Part shown: positions 38,565-47,434 of the stretch, in pieces
How positions within the stretch are numbered: position 1 is the stretch's first letter
How the letters are laid out: each line of letters begins with the position of its first letter
NCBI GenBank assembly: GCA_041663565.1
Contig: JBAYMJ010000002.1
Location: forward strand, 17,947 to 81,946
Reading direction: 5' to 3'
Origin: Candidatus Micrarchaeia archaeon
Lineage (GTDB): Archaea; Micrarchaeota; Micrarchaeia; Norongarragalinales; CAINOH01
Length of the DNA stretch: 64,000 nucleotides
Made by a program: the position numbers and the translations under genes
Notes under the pieces: generated by a model
Told to the model about the DNA's origin: nothing
What the model saw: the letters and a program-made list of their open reading frames with translations, nothing else
Database searches by the model: none

Positions 38565-39323
38565 ATGAAATACCCGCTAGCCCTGCTGGCTGTTGCGCTC
38601 CTGCTCGCGATACCGCTAGCGCAGGCCTACACCGACCACTCGCTTTCGGTCACGGTCACCATCAAGAAGGACGGCACCGCGCACGTGCGCGAAAAGGCCA
38701 TATTCTACGTGGACAGCGACGCCGAGATAGAGGCGTTCAAGGACAACCTCAAGCTGGGAAAGAGCACCATACTCGCGTGGAAGAAGTTCTCCGACAACAT
38801 CCGCTACCACATAGGCGGGGTGCAGAGCCCGGTTGACAACCTCACCATCACCGCGGGCCCGGAGTACGACATCAAGCAGAACGCGCGCTCGGTCACGCTC
38901 GACTACGAGCTCGTTGACAAGTTCGTCGAGGGCCAGAAAATCGGCAGCAGGACGACCCACTTCACGCTCAACGAGGAAATCCTCGGGTTCGACAAGTCGG
39001 AGACGCGCCAGACGATACTCGGGAGCAACGTGTACTTCACCATCGCCCTGCCCCAGACGTCCTCGCTTGCCAAGAAGGACGGCGCGGTTCTCGTCGGGCC
39101 TTCGCCGTACGTGTACGACGAGTCAAACAGGACAATAACCTGGTTCGGGCCCAGCACCGGCCGCTGGGTGCTCGAATACGACGTGGAGGAGCCCCTGAGC
39201 GATGAGGTTTATGGCTTCTTCTCCGACCTCTACAACACCGCAGTCGAGCTCCTGCCGCTTGCCGTTCTCCTGATTTCAGCGGGCATCATCCTGACGATGC
39301 TCGTGAAGATGAAGCGCTTCTAG
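38565..39323 (+). CDS. Secreted protein with a C-terminal membrane anchor, unknown function
   Basis: Sec-type leader MKYPLALLAVALLLAIPLAQA/YT and a C-terminal TM (LLPLAVLLISAGIILTMLV) plus KMKRF. Divergent from the pilin-like operon. TATA-like CTTATTTATT lies about 27 nt upstream. Confidence 0.65.
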   Translation: MKYPLALLAVALLLAIPLAQAYTDHSLSVTVTIKKDGTAHVREKAIFYVDSDAEIEAFKDNLKLGKSTILAWKKFSDNIRYHIGGVQSPVDNLTITAGPEYDIKQNARSVTLDYELVDKFVEGQKIGSRTTHFTLNEEILGFDKSETRQTILGSNVYFTIALPQTSSLAKKDGAVLVGPSPYVYDESNRTITWFGPSTGRWVLEYDVEEPLSDEVYGFFSDLYNTAVELLPLAVLLISAGIILTMLVKMKRF

Positions 39324-40474
39324 AGCTTCCCGTAGGCGTCCTCGATGGCGCCTTTCTCTTCCTTTTCAAGCCCGTAGCCCTCGGCCTGCTGGGCTGAGAT
39401 GTACGGCAGGACGTCCTTTTTCGCGCGCTTGGACGAGATGTGGGCTATCTTTCCCACCTTGAGTCCGGCTGACTTGAGAGCAGCGCGCGTCCCGCGCGAG
39501 GAAGCCATCTTGGAAAGCTTGCTGGGAAACGAGTATTTCGCGAACTTCATGTACCTGTTCTTCTTCGCAAGAGCCGTGCCCGTCAGCGCGAGCGTGCGCG
39601 CGTACTTCCAGAACGAGTAGTCGTTGGTCTTGCGCACGTGGCCCAAAAACATGTCCGAGCGCGAGATTATGTCAAGCGCCTTGGCAACTTCTTCGGGGTT
39701 CTCGTATTCTATCGGCACGTTCTCGCAGAACCACGCAAGCATCGTCGATATCTCCTCGTCAACCCCGTCGGATGCCTTGAGCGCCTCCTTGTAGTTGTCC
39801 GCCTTGAGCGTGCGCCTCACAGCGTCGAACATGCCCGCCTCGCGCTCGCGCTCCGACGAGATGGATTTGCCTCCCGATGACTGCAAGTCTATTAGCGCTG
39901 CTCGCATGTCGCCCGAGCTTTGCTTGGCGATTTCGTCTATGTACTCGCCTTCCGCCATGCCCTCGGCCTTTGCGATTTTCTTTAGGGCTGCCGCAATCGA
40001 CCTTGAGTTGAGCTTCTTGAACTCAACTGGCTTCGTGAGAAATCGCAGGGGCTTTACCGCGTCGTCCCACGCGTCGTTTGCGATGAATATGATCGGCTGA
40101 GCTGACTCCCTCGCAAGGGCCGCGAGTGCCGACGAGCTCCCGCGGTCCGAGGTGGAGCCAATCTCATCGACTATGAGCAGCCGACGCGAGCCGAACAGCG
40201 AGCCGTAGCCTGCAGACGCGCCAAGCACTTCCTTGATGTCGTTTGCCGAGCGGAGCCTCGAGGCATCCGACTCGACTGTTTCCCAGCCCATCTCAACAGC
40301 AAGCGCCCTTGCAACCGCGGTCTTGCCGGTGCCCGGCGGGCCGAACAGCAGCAACGGCTTTTCCTTTTTTCCGGACTCGACGCTTGCGGCCCACTGCCTG
40401 ATTTCCTGGCGCGGCTCCTCGTTCCCGATGAACTCGGCGACGGTCTTGGGCAGGTGCTTGATTGTCCAGAGCAT
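39320..40474 (-). CDS. rfcL: Replication factor C large subunit (short form)
   Basis: [36 protein letters not shown] and LLIVDEIG, with a C-terminal basic region typical of RfcL. Confidence 0.85.
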   Translation of the reverse strand: MLWTIKHLPKTVAEFIGNEEPRQEIRQWAASVESGKKEKPLLLFGPPGTGKTAVARALAVEMGWETVESDASRLRSANDIKEVLGASAGYGSLFGSRRLLIVDEIGSTSDRGSSSALAALARESAQPIIFIANDAWDDAVKPLRFLTKPVEFKKLNSRSIAAALKKIAKAEGMAEGEYIDEIAKQSSGDMRAALIDLQSSGGKSISSEREREAGMFDAVRRTLKADNYKEALKASDGVDEEISTMLAWFCENVPIEYENPEEVAKALDIISRSDMFLGHVRKTNDYSFWKYARTLALTGTALAKKNRYMKFAKYSFPSKLSKMASSRGTRAALKSAGLKVGKIAHISSKRAKKDVLPYISAQQAEGYGLEKEEKGAIEDAYGKL

Positions 40475-40606
40475 TTGGGAAAACCTGAAAGGAAAATCGA
40501 ACGGGTTGAAAAAATTATAATAGAAAAAGGAAGGGCAAGAAATAAAATGGAAAACGGGCCAAACTGCAGGGAAATCACCGACTCCGCCCGCAGCCCGGCT
40601 GCAAGC

Positions 40607-40714
40607 TTACTTCTTCTTTGCCGGTTTCTTCGCCGCCTTCTTTGCAGCCTTCTTTGCAACTACCTTCTTGGCAGCCGGCTTTGCGCCGCAGGTGCATCCG
40701 CAACCACAGTTCAT
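40607..40714 (-). CDS. 35-aa microprotein: Cys cluster plus Lys/Ala-rich tail; absent from the ORF track
   Basis: MNCGCGCTCGAKPAAKKVVAKKAAKKAAKKPAKKK. GGGGTGA SD-like site 6 nt upstream, TATA-like CCTATATC further upstream, and a hairpin GCAGCC-c-GGCTGC just after the stop. Confidence 0.6.
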   Translation of the reverse strand: MNCGCGCTCGAKPAAKKVVAKKAAKKAAKKPAKKK

Positions 40715-40821
40715 TCTCTTCACCCCGATATAGGTAATATCGCGTTTGGGACTTTTAATAACGATTAAAACGCTTCCCAAGCATTATTTGTATCCGCATG
40801 TCCAACTAGTAATGCGTTTTT

Positions 40822-40895
40822 GCCTCAGTAGCTCAGCCTGGGAGAGCGTTCGGCTGAAGACCGATGTGTCGGGTGTTCAAATCACCCCTGAGGCA
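40822..40895 (+). tRNA. tRNA-Phe (anticodon GAA), no intron, CCA not encoded
   Basis: Cloverleaf by hand: acceptor GCCTCAG/CTGAGGC, D arm GCTC..GAGC, anticodon loop CTGAAGA, T arm GGGTG-TTCAAAT-CACCC, discriminator A. One T:T mismatch at 27:43. Confidence 0.88.
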
Positions 40896-40949
40896 TTTTT
40901 CACCACACCCCCAGCGCGGCACAGATACAATTAATTTCCCCAGACGCTA

Positions 40950-41222
40950 ATGGTAAACGGGTGTTGTCCAATGGCAAAGGGAAAATCGTCAGCAAGCATA
41001 AAGATAACCGGCCTTGAGAACCTCAAGAAGATGAACTGCAAGCCGTCGGGCTGTGGCGGCTGCGGCTGTTCGGGCGCGCTCTATGGCGTCGGGTTCCTCG
41101 GCGCGCTGTACTACTTCCTGACAACCGCGACCAGCCTCTGGATGGGAGTCGTGGGAGTGGTCAAGGCGATATTCTGGCCCGGCGTGCTTGCTTGGCTCGC
41201 GCTCAAGTCCCTCGGCGCATAG
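40950..41222 (+). CDS. Small membrane protein with an N-terminal Cys cluster
   Basis: Contains MNCKPSGCGGCGCSG followed by two TM helices (ALYGVGFLGALYYFL; AIFWPGVLAWLAL). Start ambiguous between 40950, 40971 and 41031. Confidence 0.6.
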   Translation: MVNGCCPMAKGKSSASIKITGLENLKKMNCKPSGCGGCGCSGALYGVGFLGALYYFLTTATSLWMGVVGVVKAIFWPGVLAWLALKSLGA

Positions 41223-41352
41223 GGGGGAAGGCAGGAGTTCCGGCGGGAAGGGACCGCCGGCCTGCAACTACTTATTTTTGGGTAAAGGCCATTTTTGGGT
41301 AAAAGCTATTTATCCGGCCGCCGCGCAATCATTTCCGCAGGAGTGATTGCCG

Positions 41353-42312
41353 ATGGACTTCTTTTCAAAGATGCTCTCAAAACAGAACGCCCCGCGCATA
41401 GGCGCGCTCGCGGTGATTTTCGCCGCTTTCCTTTGGGGCGTTGACGGGGTGCTGCTCACCCCGCAGCTTTACACGCTTGACGTGGTCAACGTCGTGTTCC
41501 TCGAGCACAGCCTCGCGTTCCTTTTCATGATTCCCCTGCTGTGGAGGGAAATCTCCGAGCTGAGGAAGCTCAACGCAAAGGACTGGCTTGCGTTCGTATG
41601 GATTGCGCTTTTCGGCGGGGCGATTGGCACGATGGCAATCACCCAGGCGCTGTTCCTCGTAGGGTTCATACCACTGTCCGTTCCCATACTCATCCAGAAG
41701 CTCCAGCCGCTGTTCGCCATAGGACTTGCGCTAGTGCTGCTCAAGGAAAAGCCGGCAAAGGAGTTCTACGCCTACGCTGCGCTTGCGCTTTTGGGAAGCT
41801 ACCTCATCACGTTCGGCTTCGAGTCGCCGGTGGTGAGCCTGGAGAACAAGACGCTCCTTGCGGCGCTGCTGGGCCTGGTCGCCGCTTTCGCGTTCGGCAC
41901 GTGCACGACAGTCGGGAGGTACGCGGTTGAGAAGGTCAACTACCGCGTCTCGACCTACCTGCGCTTCGGCCTCACCGCGCTTATCATGGGCGCGCTGGTG
42001 CTTGCGCTTGGCAAGCTCGGAAACTTCGCGGCAGTCACGCAGTTCCAGTGGCTCGTCCTGTTTGTCATAGTCTTCACGACCGGCGGCCTCGCAATCGGGA
42101 TTTACTACTACGGCCTGCGCTTCGTCACCGCATCCAAGGCCACGTTCTACGAGCTCGCGTTCCCGTTCACGGTAATCGTGCTCGACTGGCTGCTCAACGG
42201 CAAGTTCCTCTCGCCCGGCCAGCTGCTTGGCGCGGCAATCCTTGTCTATGCGGTGCTCAAGATAAACCGGGCCAAGGTGGCGCTGGGACCGGGCGAAGAA
42301 GTTAAGGCCTAG
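41353..42312 (+). CDS. EamA/DMT-superfamily transporter
   Basis: About 10 TM helices in two EamA-like halves. No substrate inference is possible. Confidence 0.75.
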   Translation: MDFFSKMLSKQNAPRIGALAVIFAAFLWGVDGVLLTPQLYTLDVVNVVFLEHSLAFLFMIPLLWREISELRKLNAKDWLAFVWIALFGGAIGTMAITQALFLVGFIPLSVPILIQKLQPLFAIGLALVLLKEKPAKEFYAYAALALLGSYLITFGFESPVVSLENKTLLAALLGLVAAFAFGTCTTVGRYAVEKVNYRVSTYLRFGLTALIMGALVLALGKLGNFAAVTQFQWLVLFVIVFTTGGLAIGIYYYGLRFVTASKATFYELAFPFTVIVLDWLLNGKFLSPGQLLGAAILVYAVLKINRAKVALGPGEEVKA

Positions 42313-42337
42313 GCTGCGCACAAGAGTGCGTGATTTT

Positions 42338-42511
42338 ATGGAGCGTGCTGCGCGCAGTGCCGGGAACCGCTTGAGGCAGGAGAACGAAAAACTGCTGCGA
42401 ATCCTCATCAAGCTTGCAAAGAACGCAGGCGGGTTCGGCAAGCTGAAAAAGCAGGGCCTGGACGACGAGGACGTCGCATTTCTCAGAGAAAAGTTCCAAG
42501 CCAAGGAATAG
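42338..42511 (+). CDS. Small hypothetical helical protein
   Basis: MERAARSAGNRLRQENEKLLRILIKLAKNAGGFGKLKKQGLDDEDVAFLREKFQAKE. No competing gene. Confidence 0.35.
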   Translation: MERAARSAGNRLRQENEKLLRILIKLAKNAGGFGKLKKQGLDDEDVAFLREKFQAKE

Positions 42512-42612
42512 GCAAAAGCACCCTTAGGCACAAACCAATCAACTTGCCGCACAAACGACGCTGTTGGCCTTTGCTCAAAAGGCATAAAAAGCAATACCTG
42601 CATTAAGAATAT

Positions 42613-42733
42613 CCGGTCAGCGGTCATAGGAGAGGGGTCACGCCCGTTCCCTTTTCGAACACGGAAGCTAAGCCCTCTTACGACGTTGCTTGTACTGCCC
42701 GCATGGGTGGGAACGCATGTTTCCGCTGCCACT
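42613..42733 (+). rRNA. rrf: 5S ribosomal RNA, not linked to 16S/23S genes in this window
   Basis: GGTCAGCGGTCATAGGAGAGGGGTCACGCCCGTTCCCTTTTCGAACACGGAAGCTAAGCCCTC...GTACTGCCC...GGGAAC...CCGCTGCC resembles archaeal 5S (helix I pairing, the loop C TTCGAAC..GGAAGTTAAGC pattern, GTACTG). The ends are approximate to within a few nt. Confidence 0.85.
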
Positions 42734-42787
42734 CATATTCCTCCCTAGTCTTAAGTTTAAATTTGATGCAGGCCTAGTGATTAGCGT

Positions 42788-43807
42788 ATGGCAATCATAG
42801 AGTTCCAGCACCCGTACATCCTGACCGCAGTCATAACCTTCATCGCCACCTTCGCGGCCACCTGGCTCATGATCCCCCGGCTCAAGCGCGCGGGGCTCGT
42901 GGGCGTTGACATAAACAAGGTCCCCTCGTCATTCAGCCGCGACAGGATAAAGGGCCTCAAGGACAAAGGCTACCCCGGCCTGCCGGTAGTCCCCCGCTCG
43001 GGCGGAATAGCGATGATAATGGGCTTCTCTGCCGGCATGCTCGTGTCGCTTCTCATCTACCCCTACAACAACCTTGCGGGCATACTCGCCGCTCTCCTTA
43101 CCGCAACGCTCATCTCGATGATAGGCGTGGTGGAGGACTTCCTGCCCATCCGCCAGGTTTACCGCACGCTCCTTCCCGCAATCGCCGCGCTCCCGCTGAT
43201 GGTGGTCACCGCAGGCCACACCGCGATGACGCTTCCACTCTTTGGCAACGTGGAGTTCGGTATAATCTATACGCTCGTCCTCATCCCGATTGGCGTGATG
43301 GCCGCGTCCAACCTGGTCAACCTGCTTGCAGGGTTCAACGGGCTTGAGGCCGGAGTCGGCGCGATAGCAGGCGCGGCGCTGTTCTGGGTCGCGTATTCAA
43401 CGGGCGCGTCCGAGGCCGCGTTCATCGCAATGGCGCTCTCGGCAGCATGCATCGCGTTCCTCGTGTTCAACTTCTACCCTGCCCGGATATTTCCCGGAAA
43501 CGCCGCGACATACATGATTGGCGCGGTGATTGCCGCAATAGCAATCATAGGCAACATGGAGCGCGTTGCGGTGATTGCCCTTGCGCCGCAAATCGCCGAG
43601 TTCTTCCTCAAGGCAACCGGCTGGTTCAAGGCCGAGAACTTCGGCAAGCTCGGAAAGGACGGCCGGCTCTCCTACGAAGGCCCCACGCAGTCGCTCACGC
43701 ACCTTTTGATGAAGGCGTTCAGGCCAACTGAGCGGCAGCTCGTGATGATGCTTCTTGCGATACAGGCGGTGTTTGCCGTGATTGCAGTCCTTTCGGTTTC
43801 GTGGTAA
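42788..43807 (+). CDS. aglH: Glycosyltransferase family 4, UDP-GlcNAc:dolichyl-phosphate GlcNAc-1-P transferase-like (AglH/MraY-WecA superfamily)
   Basis: Polytopic protein with VVEDFLP and NLVNLLAGFNGLEAG motifs characteristic of polyprenyl-phosphate sugar-1-P transferases. Confidence 0.8.
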   Translation: MAIIEFQHPYILTAVITFIATFAATWLMIPRLKRAGLVGVDINKVPSSFSRDRIKGLKDKGYPGLPVVPRSGGIAMIMGFSAGMLVSLLIYPYNNLAGILAALLTATLISMIGVVEDFLPIRQVYRTLLPAIAALPLMVVTAGHTAMTLPLFGNVEFGIIYTLVLIPIGVMAASNLVNLLAGFNGLEAGVGAIAGAALFWVAYSTGASEAAFIAMALSAACIAFLVFNFYPARIFPGNAATYMIGAVIAAIAIIGNMERVAVIALAPQIAEFFLKATGWFKAENFGKLGKDGRLSYEGPTQSLTHLLMKAFRPTERQLVMMLLAIQAVFAVIAVLSVSW

Positions 43808-43843
43808 GCGGAAAAAGAAATTGTTTAGCTGAGAAAGCCGAGC

Positions 43844-44926
43844 TTATGCTTTCCTTACTTTGAAGTCAATGACTACCTGCACGACGTAAGCGGCGAACGG
43901 CCTCACCACGCGTTTTCCGGTAATCCTGCAGGACATCCCCGCATTCCTGGCCTTTTCCTTGACCAGCTTGACAAGCGGAGCGTAGATGTCCTTGTGGAAT
44001 TCGGTCTCGCCCTTTGCCTTGGTCTCGACGAAGCCGTAGAAGTGTATTGTGCAGCCTTCAGGGTTTGCGCCAATCAGCGCCGCGTCAAGGAAGTCGCCTG
44101 CGGAGTGCGGAAGCGGCATCATTATGCGGTCGGCCCAGCCGCGGTACTTTTGCGGCACGACTTTCTTCACGTCGCCAAGGATTGCCTTGACGTTTGGCGT
44201 CTTGTTGAGCAGGATGTTTTTTTCAAACGAGCGCACGGCGTCCGGATTCAGTTCGATGCCAACGACTTCCGTCTTGGGCTTTCTCTTTGCAATCACTATC
44301 GCAAAAGGCCCGACACCAGCAAAGAGCGCGAGGATTTTTTCGCGGGGCTTTACAAGCGACGCTATGCGGAGCCGCTCGTGCGACAGGCGCACGGAAAAAT
44401 ACACTTTGGCCACGTCGAACGCAAAGGAGCAGCCGCTTTCGCGGTAAGTTGTTGTCGTGCGCTTCTCCCCTGCAATCACGGTGATTTTCCGCACGCGGAA
44501 CTCGCCGAGCATCGGACTGTCCTTTCGCGCAACGACTTTGATGTGGCCGTTCTGGGCCATTATGGCCTGTGCAATCACTTCCTGCTTTGGGACAAGCTCG
44601 TCTGGAATCTCCGCAATCGCGATGTCGCCGACGCAGTCGTAGGAGCGTATGACTTTCGCCACGTCGGAGTCCGAAAGCGCGTGCCTCGCGGCGAGCGCGT
44701 CCTTTACCGAGCCGGTTGCCTGAGTGGAATGAGGTTCAAATTCTTTTTTTGCTATTGAGACCCCAAGGGCCTTTGGAAGCTTTGCTTCCCCAGTCAATGG
44801 AAAATATATGAAGCCGTCCGCATCGCGGATTATCTTGTAGCCCTTTGCGAGGATGCCGAGGTCGAAAAGCCTCTTGCGCACGCTCTCGGCATTCCTTGCT
44901 GATACTTTTGCGCAACTCAATTCCAT
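43844..44926 (-). CDS. trm5: tRNA (guanine37-N1)-methyltransferase Trm5 (Met-10+ family)
   Basis: ILALFAGVGPFAIVIAK, VVGIELNPDAV and ADRIMMPLPHSAGDFL match Trm5/Taw22-type class I methyltransferases. Confidence 0.85.
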   Translation of the reverse strand: MELSCAKVSARNAESVRKRLFDLGILAKGYKIIRDADGFIYFPLTGEAKLPKALGVSIAKKEFEPHSTQATGSVKDALAARHALSDSDVAKVIRSYDCVGDIAIAEIPDELVPKQEVIAQAIMAQNGHIKVVARKDSPMLGEFRVRKITVIAGEKRTTTTYRESGCSFAFDVAKVYFSVRLSHERLRIASLVKPREKILALFAGVGPFAIVIAKRKPKTEVVGIELNPDAVRSFEKNILLNKTPNVKAILGDVKKVVPQKYRGWADRIMMPLPHSAGDFLDAALIGANPEGCTIHFYGFVETKAKGETEFHKDIYAPLVKLVKEKARNAGMSCRITGKRVVRPFAAYVVQVVIDFKVRKA

Positions 44927-45020
44927 TGGAAAAAAGCACCAAACCCCTGGATTAGCTTAGGTCTTGCAAAGCACTTTAACCTGCCTTGGAGAAATAACTT
45001 TTGAACCGTGGGGTCTGAAA

Positions 45021-45878
45021 ATGGCTTTTGATGTCGCAGCGTTCATCAACGAGTATTTCATCTACCCGATGCGGTACCCGGGGCAGTACGCGCCGTACAA
45101 CGCCTACAACACCGCCGCGTTTGCGATTGTGGCGATGGTGGCGGTTTACTGCATCTATTGGGCCATCACCAAGAAACTCAAGCTGAAAATCGACGGGGAG
45201 TTCTTCTTTGCCGCGGTCCCGTTCGTTCTTTTCGGCGCGTTCTTGCGCGTAATACAGGACGCGTCCCTTCTTCCGCGCGAAGTGGTCGTTGCTGGAGTCT
45301 CGCTGTTCCCATTCATCACCCCAGGAATATATTTCCTGGTCTTTTTCGCGCTGGCCGCGGGCTTTGTCGCAAGCTGGATTGTTGACAGGAAGAGCGTGGT
45401 CAGGAACACCAAAAGAATCGGCTGGCTCTTTGCTCTTGCCTCTTTCTTTGTCTTGGTTTCGAGGATGAGTTTTCCCAACGCCATTATTGGCGTCGGCATA
45501 ATCGCATTGGCAACAGTCTGCGCGCTTGCATTCCGGTTTGCCGACAGGAAGTTCTTCAAGAAAAAGACCGAAAACATAGAACTTGCCACGGTGTTTGGTC
45601 AGTGCCTCGACGGCGCGGCCACTTTCCTGGGGGTCGGCTTTGCAGGCTACGGCGAGCAGCACGTCGTCGGCAACGCGGTGATGGCAAACCTGGGCGGCCC
45701 GGTGGCATTCTTTTTGCTCAAGGTCGCATTCGCATTTGTAGTCATCCACGTCGCACGCCGCGAGTTCTCGAAAAAACCCGAGGATGCCCAAGCGAGGGCG
45801 TTCCTCCTGCTGCTGATTGCGATATTCGGCGCAGGGCCTGGGACGCGCGACCTTTCAAGGATAGTCCTCGGAGTATGA
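45021..45878 (+). CDS. DUF63 family membrane protein
   Basis: Polytopic protein with GYGEQHVVGN and conserved N-terminus FINEYFIYPM. ATG 45021 chosen. Confidence 0.7.
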   Translation: MAFDVAAFINEYFIYPMRYPGQYAPYNAYNTAAFAIVAMVAVYCIYWAITKKLKLKIDGEFFFAAVPFVLFGAFLRVIQDASLLPREVVVAGVSLFPFITPGIYFLVFFALAAGFVASWIVDRKSVVRNTKRIGWLFALASFFVLVSRMSFPNAIIGVGIIALATVCALAFRFADRKFFKKKTENIELATVFGQCLDGAATFLGVGFAGYGEQHVVGNAVMANLGGPVAFFLLKVAFAFVVIHVARREFSKKPEDAQARAFLLLLIAIFGAGPGTRDLSRIVLGV

Positions 45879-45939
45879 TGGGAAAAGACAAAAAATCGGA
45901 TTTTGGCCTGAAGCCCTGGAGAGCCGCAACCCTCGTAGC

Positions 45940-46200
45940 CTAGACTACGAGTATGATGAACATTATGACCACGCCAAGTGCGGCGAGGTCCTTGACTCCG
46001 AAGTTCGAGCTGACTGCGAAGGAGCCTACAAGCAAAAGCAAGAGTATGCCGGGAATCAGCGCTGCGCCGGATGCGCCAAGGAACAAGCCGGTGACGCTTC
46101 CAAATACTGCCGTCGGGTTGATGCCGTACCCGTCGCCCATGAGCAACAGGAATATCATCATCGCGCCAACGACTGTGTATACGTCTATCCGGTCGTCCAT
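45940..46200 (-). CDS. Small membrane protein (86 aa)
   Basis: Three hydrophobic segments. Trimmed to ATG 46198-46200. Confidence 0.45.
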   Translation of the reverse strand: MDDRIDVYTVVGAMMIFLLLMGDGYGINPTAVFGSVTGLFLGASGAALIPGILLLLLVGSFAVSSNFGVKDLAALGVVIMFIILVV

Positions 46201-46395
46201 CGTCCAGTTCCCACTGCCTTCACCGCAGCAACGCAAGCCCCCCGGAAGCGTCCTACAATGCAAGTTGACTGTATCCCGTTCTCTATAAATACAAGTACGG
46301 GCAAGAAAGTATTCCAAGCCGCTTGCATAACTTGCTTTTGAACTACTAGATAGTAGTTACAAAAAAGTATATATTACTGTGCCCGACGGCCGGAC

Positions 46396-46403
46396 ATTTA
46401 TAA
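46396..46403 (+). promoter_or_regulatory. TATA box for leaderless rpl21e-rpoF
   Basis: ATTTATAA centred about 26 nt upstream of ATG 46425. Confidence 0.45.
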
Positions 46404-46424
46404 CGCTCAAAAAAGGTGCTGAAA

Positions 46425-46769
46425 ATGAAGAGAAGTCACAGCAAATACTCGAAACAGGGACGCAATCTCAAGAGCAAGGGCCGCAGGCCCATCACCCACC
46501 AGCTCAAGACGCTGGAGGTGGGAGACCTCGTGCGCATCGACGTGGACCCGCGCTTCGCGGCCGGGATGCCCCACCTGCGCTTCAACCACCGCTCGGGCTT
46601 CATCAAGGCCAAGCGCGGCAAGGCCTACGAGGTCCAGTTCAACGACGGCAACAAAGCAAAGATACTGCTCATGACCAACGTCCACCTCAAGAAGCTCACC
46701 GCAACTGCGAAGATGGAGCAGACCGAGGCCAAGGTCGCGACTGCGGCAAAGAAAATAGGCAAGAAGTGA
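46425..46769 (+). CDS. rpl21e: Ribosomal protein L21e
   Basis: MKRSHSKYSKQGRNLKSKGRRPIT...GDLVRIDVDP...GMPHLRFNHRSG...VHLKKL is the L21e pattern. The overlapping ORF 46379..47230 is a frame artefact in this region. Confidence 0.92.
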   Translation: MKRSHSKYSKQGRNLKSKGRRPITHQLKTLEVGDLVRIDVDPRFAAGMPHLRFNHRSGFIKAKRGKAYEVQFNDGNKAKILLMTNVHLKKLTATAKMEQTEAKVATAAKKIGKK

Positions 46770-46774
46770 TTTTG

Positions 46775-47230
46775 ATGAAACTCGTATCCGAAAAACCAAT
46801 TACCCTCATTGAGATAAACGAGCTGCTCAAGAAGAGGCAGAAGGAGTCCACTGGCGAGTTTCCGTACGAGCAGCAGAACACGCTCGACTACTCCGAAAAG
46901 TTCGTCGACAGGATAACGCCTGCCAAGGCAAAGGAGCTCAAGAAGGAGCTTGTTGCTCTGGGCTTTTTGTCAGGCGAGCAGGTTTCCACCCTTGTCAACA
47001 TCCTTCCCAAGAAGGACGACGTGACCAAGGCGTGCCTTACCGGCGAGAAGCTTGACGTGACCGAGGAGCAGGTCAAGGAAGTCACCAAGGTAATCAAGCC
47101 CTACGCGAAGGACGCCAAGGACCCCGTGCCGACCAAGGCAGAGGCCAAGGAGGCAGCGAAGGAAGCGGCAAAGGAGGCCGCTGCCAAGGAAGCTAAGGAG
47201 TCCAAGGCGGAAAAGGAAGCCAAGGAATAA
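46775..47230 (+). CDS. rpoF: DNA-directed RNA polymerase subunit F (Rpo4/Rpb4-like) with a Lys/Glu/Ala-rich tail
   Basis: MKLVSEKPITLIEINELLKKRQ...EQQNTLDYSEKF...AKELKKELVALG.LSGEQVSTLVNILPK. The conserved archaeal order L21e-RpoF-DUF655 supports the call. Confidence 0.82.
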   Translation: MKLVSEKPITLIEINELLKKRQKESTGEFPYEQQNTLDYSEKFVDRITPAKAKELKKELVALGFLSGEQVSTLVNILPKKDDVTKACLTGEKLDVTEEQVKEVTKVIKPYAKDAKDPVPTKAEAKEAAKEAAKEAAAKEAKESKAEKEAKE

Positions 47231-47240
47231 GCTTCGGAAA

Positions 47241-47268
47241 CCGGGCTTTGCTTTCCCGGACATTTTTT
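47241..47268 (+). terminator. Hairpin plus T-run terminator after rpoF
   Basis: CCGGG-ctttgcttt-CCCGG followed by acaTTTTTT. Confidence 0.5.
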
Positions 47269-47434
47269 ACGACCCCAGCCTATGGCCCTTGCAATAGGCT
47301 AAAATACTTACAACAGCCTAAAAACTACAACCAAGGAAACAAGGGCAATTACTGGCGGAACGTGCTGACCGGACGAATACAACCGCGATTACTTTCAGCC
47401 TTTATTGCCCCTTTGAATTGACGGTGTAAAGATT

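Noticed and set aside
46379-46774. First 132 codons of ORF 46379..47230 (283 aa)
   Set aside because: The product is Arg/Gly/Pro-rich nonsense overlapping rpl21e in another frame. The recognisable RpoF sequence begins at ATG 46775.
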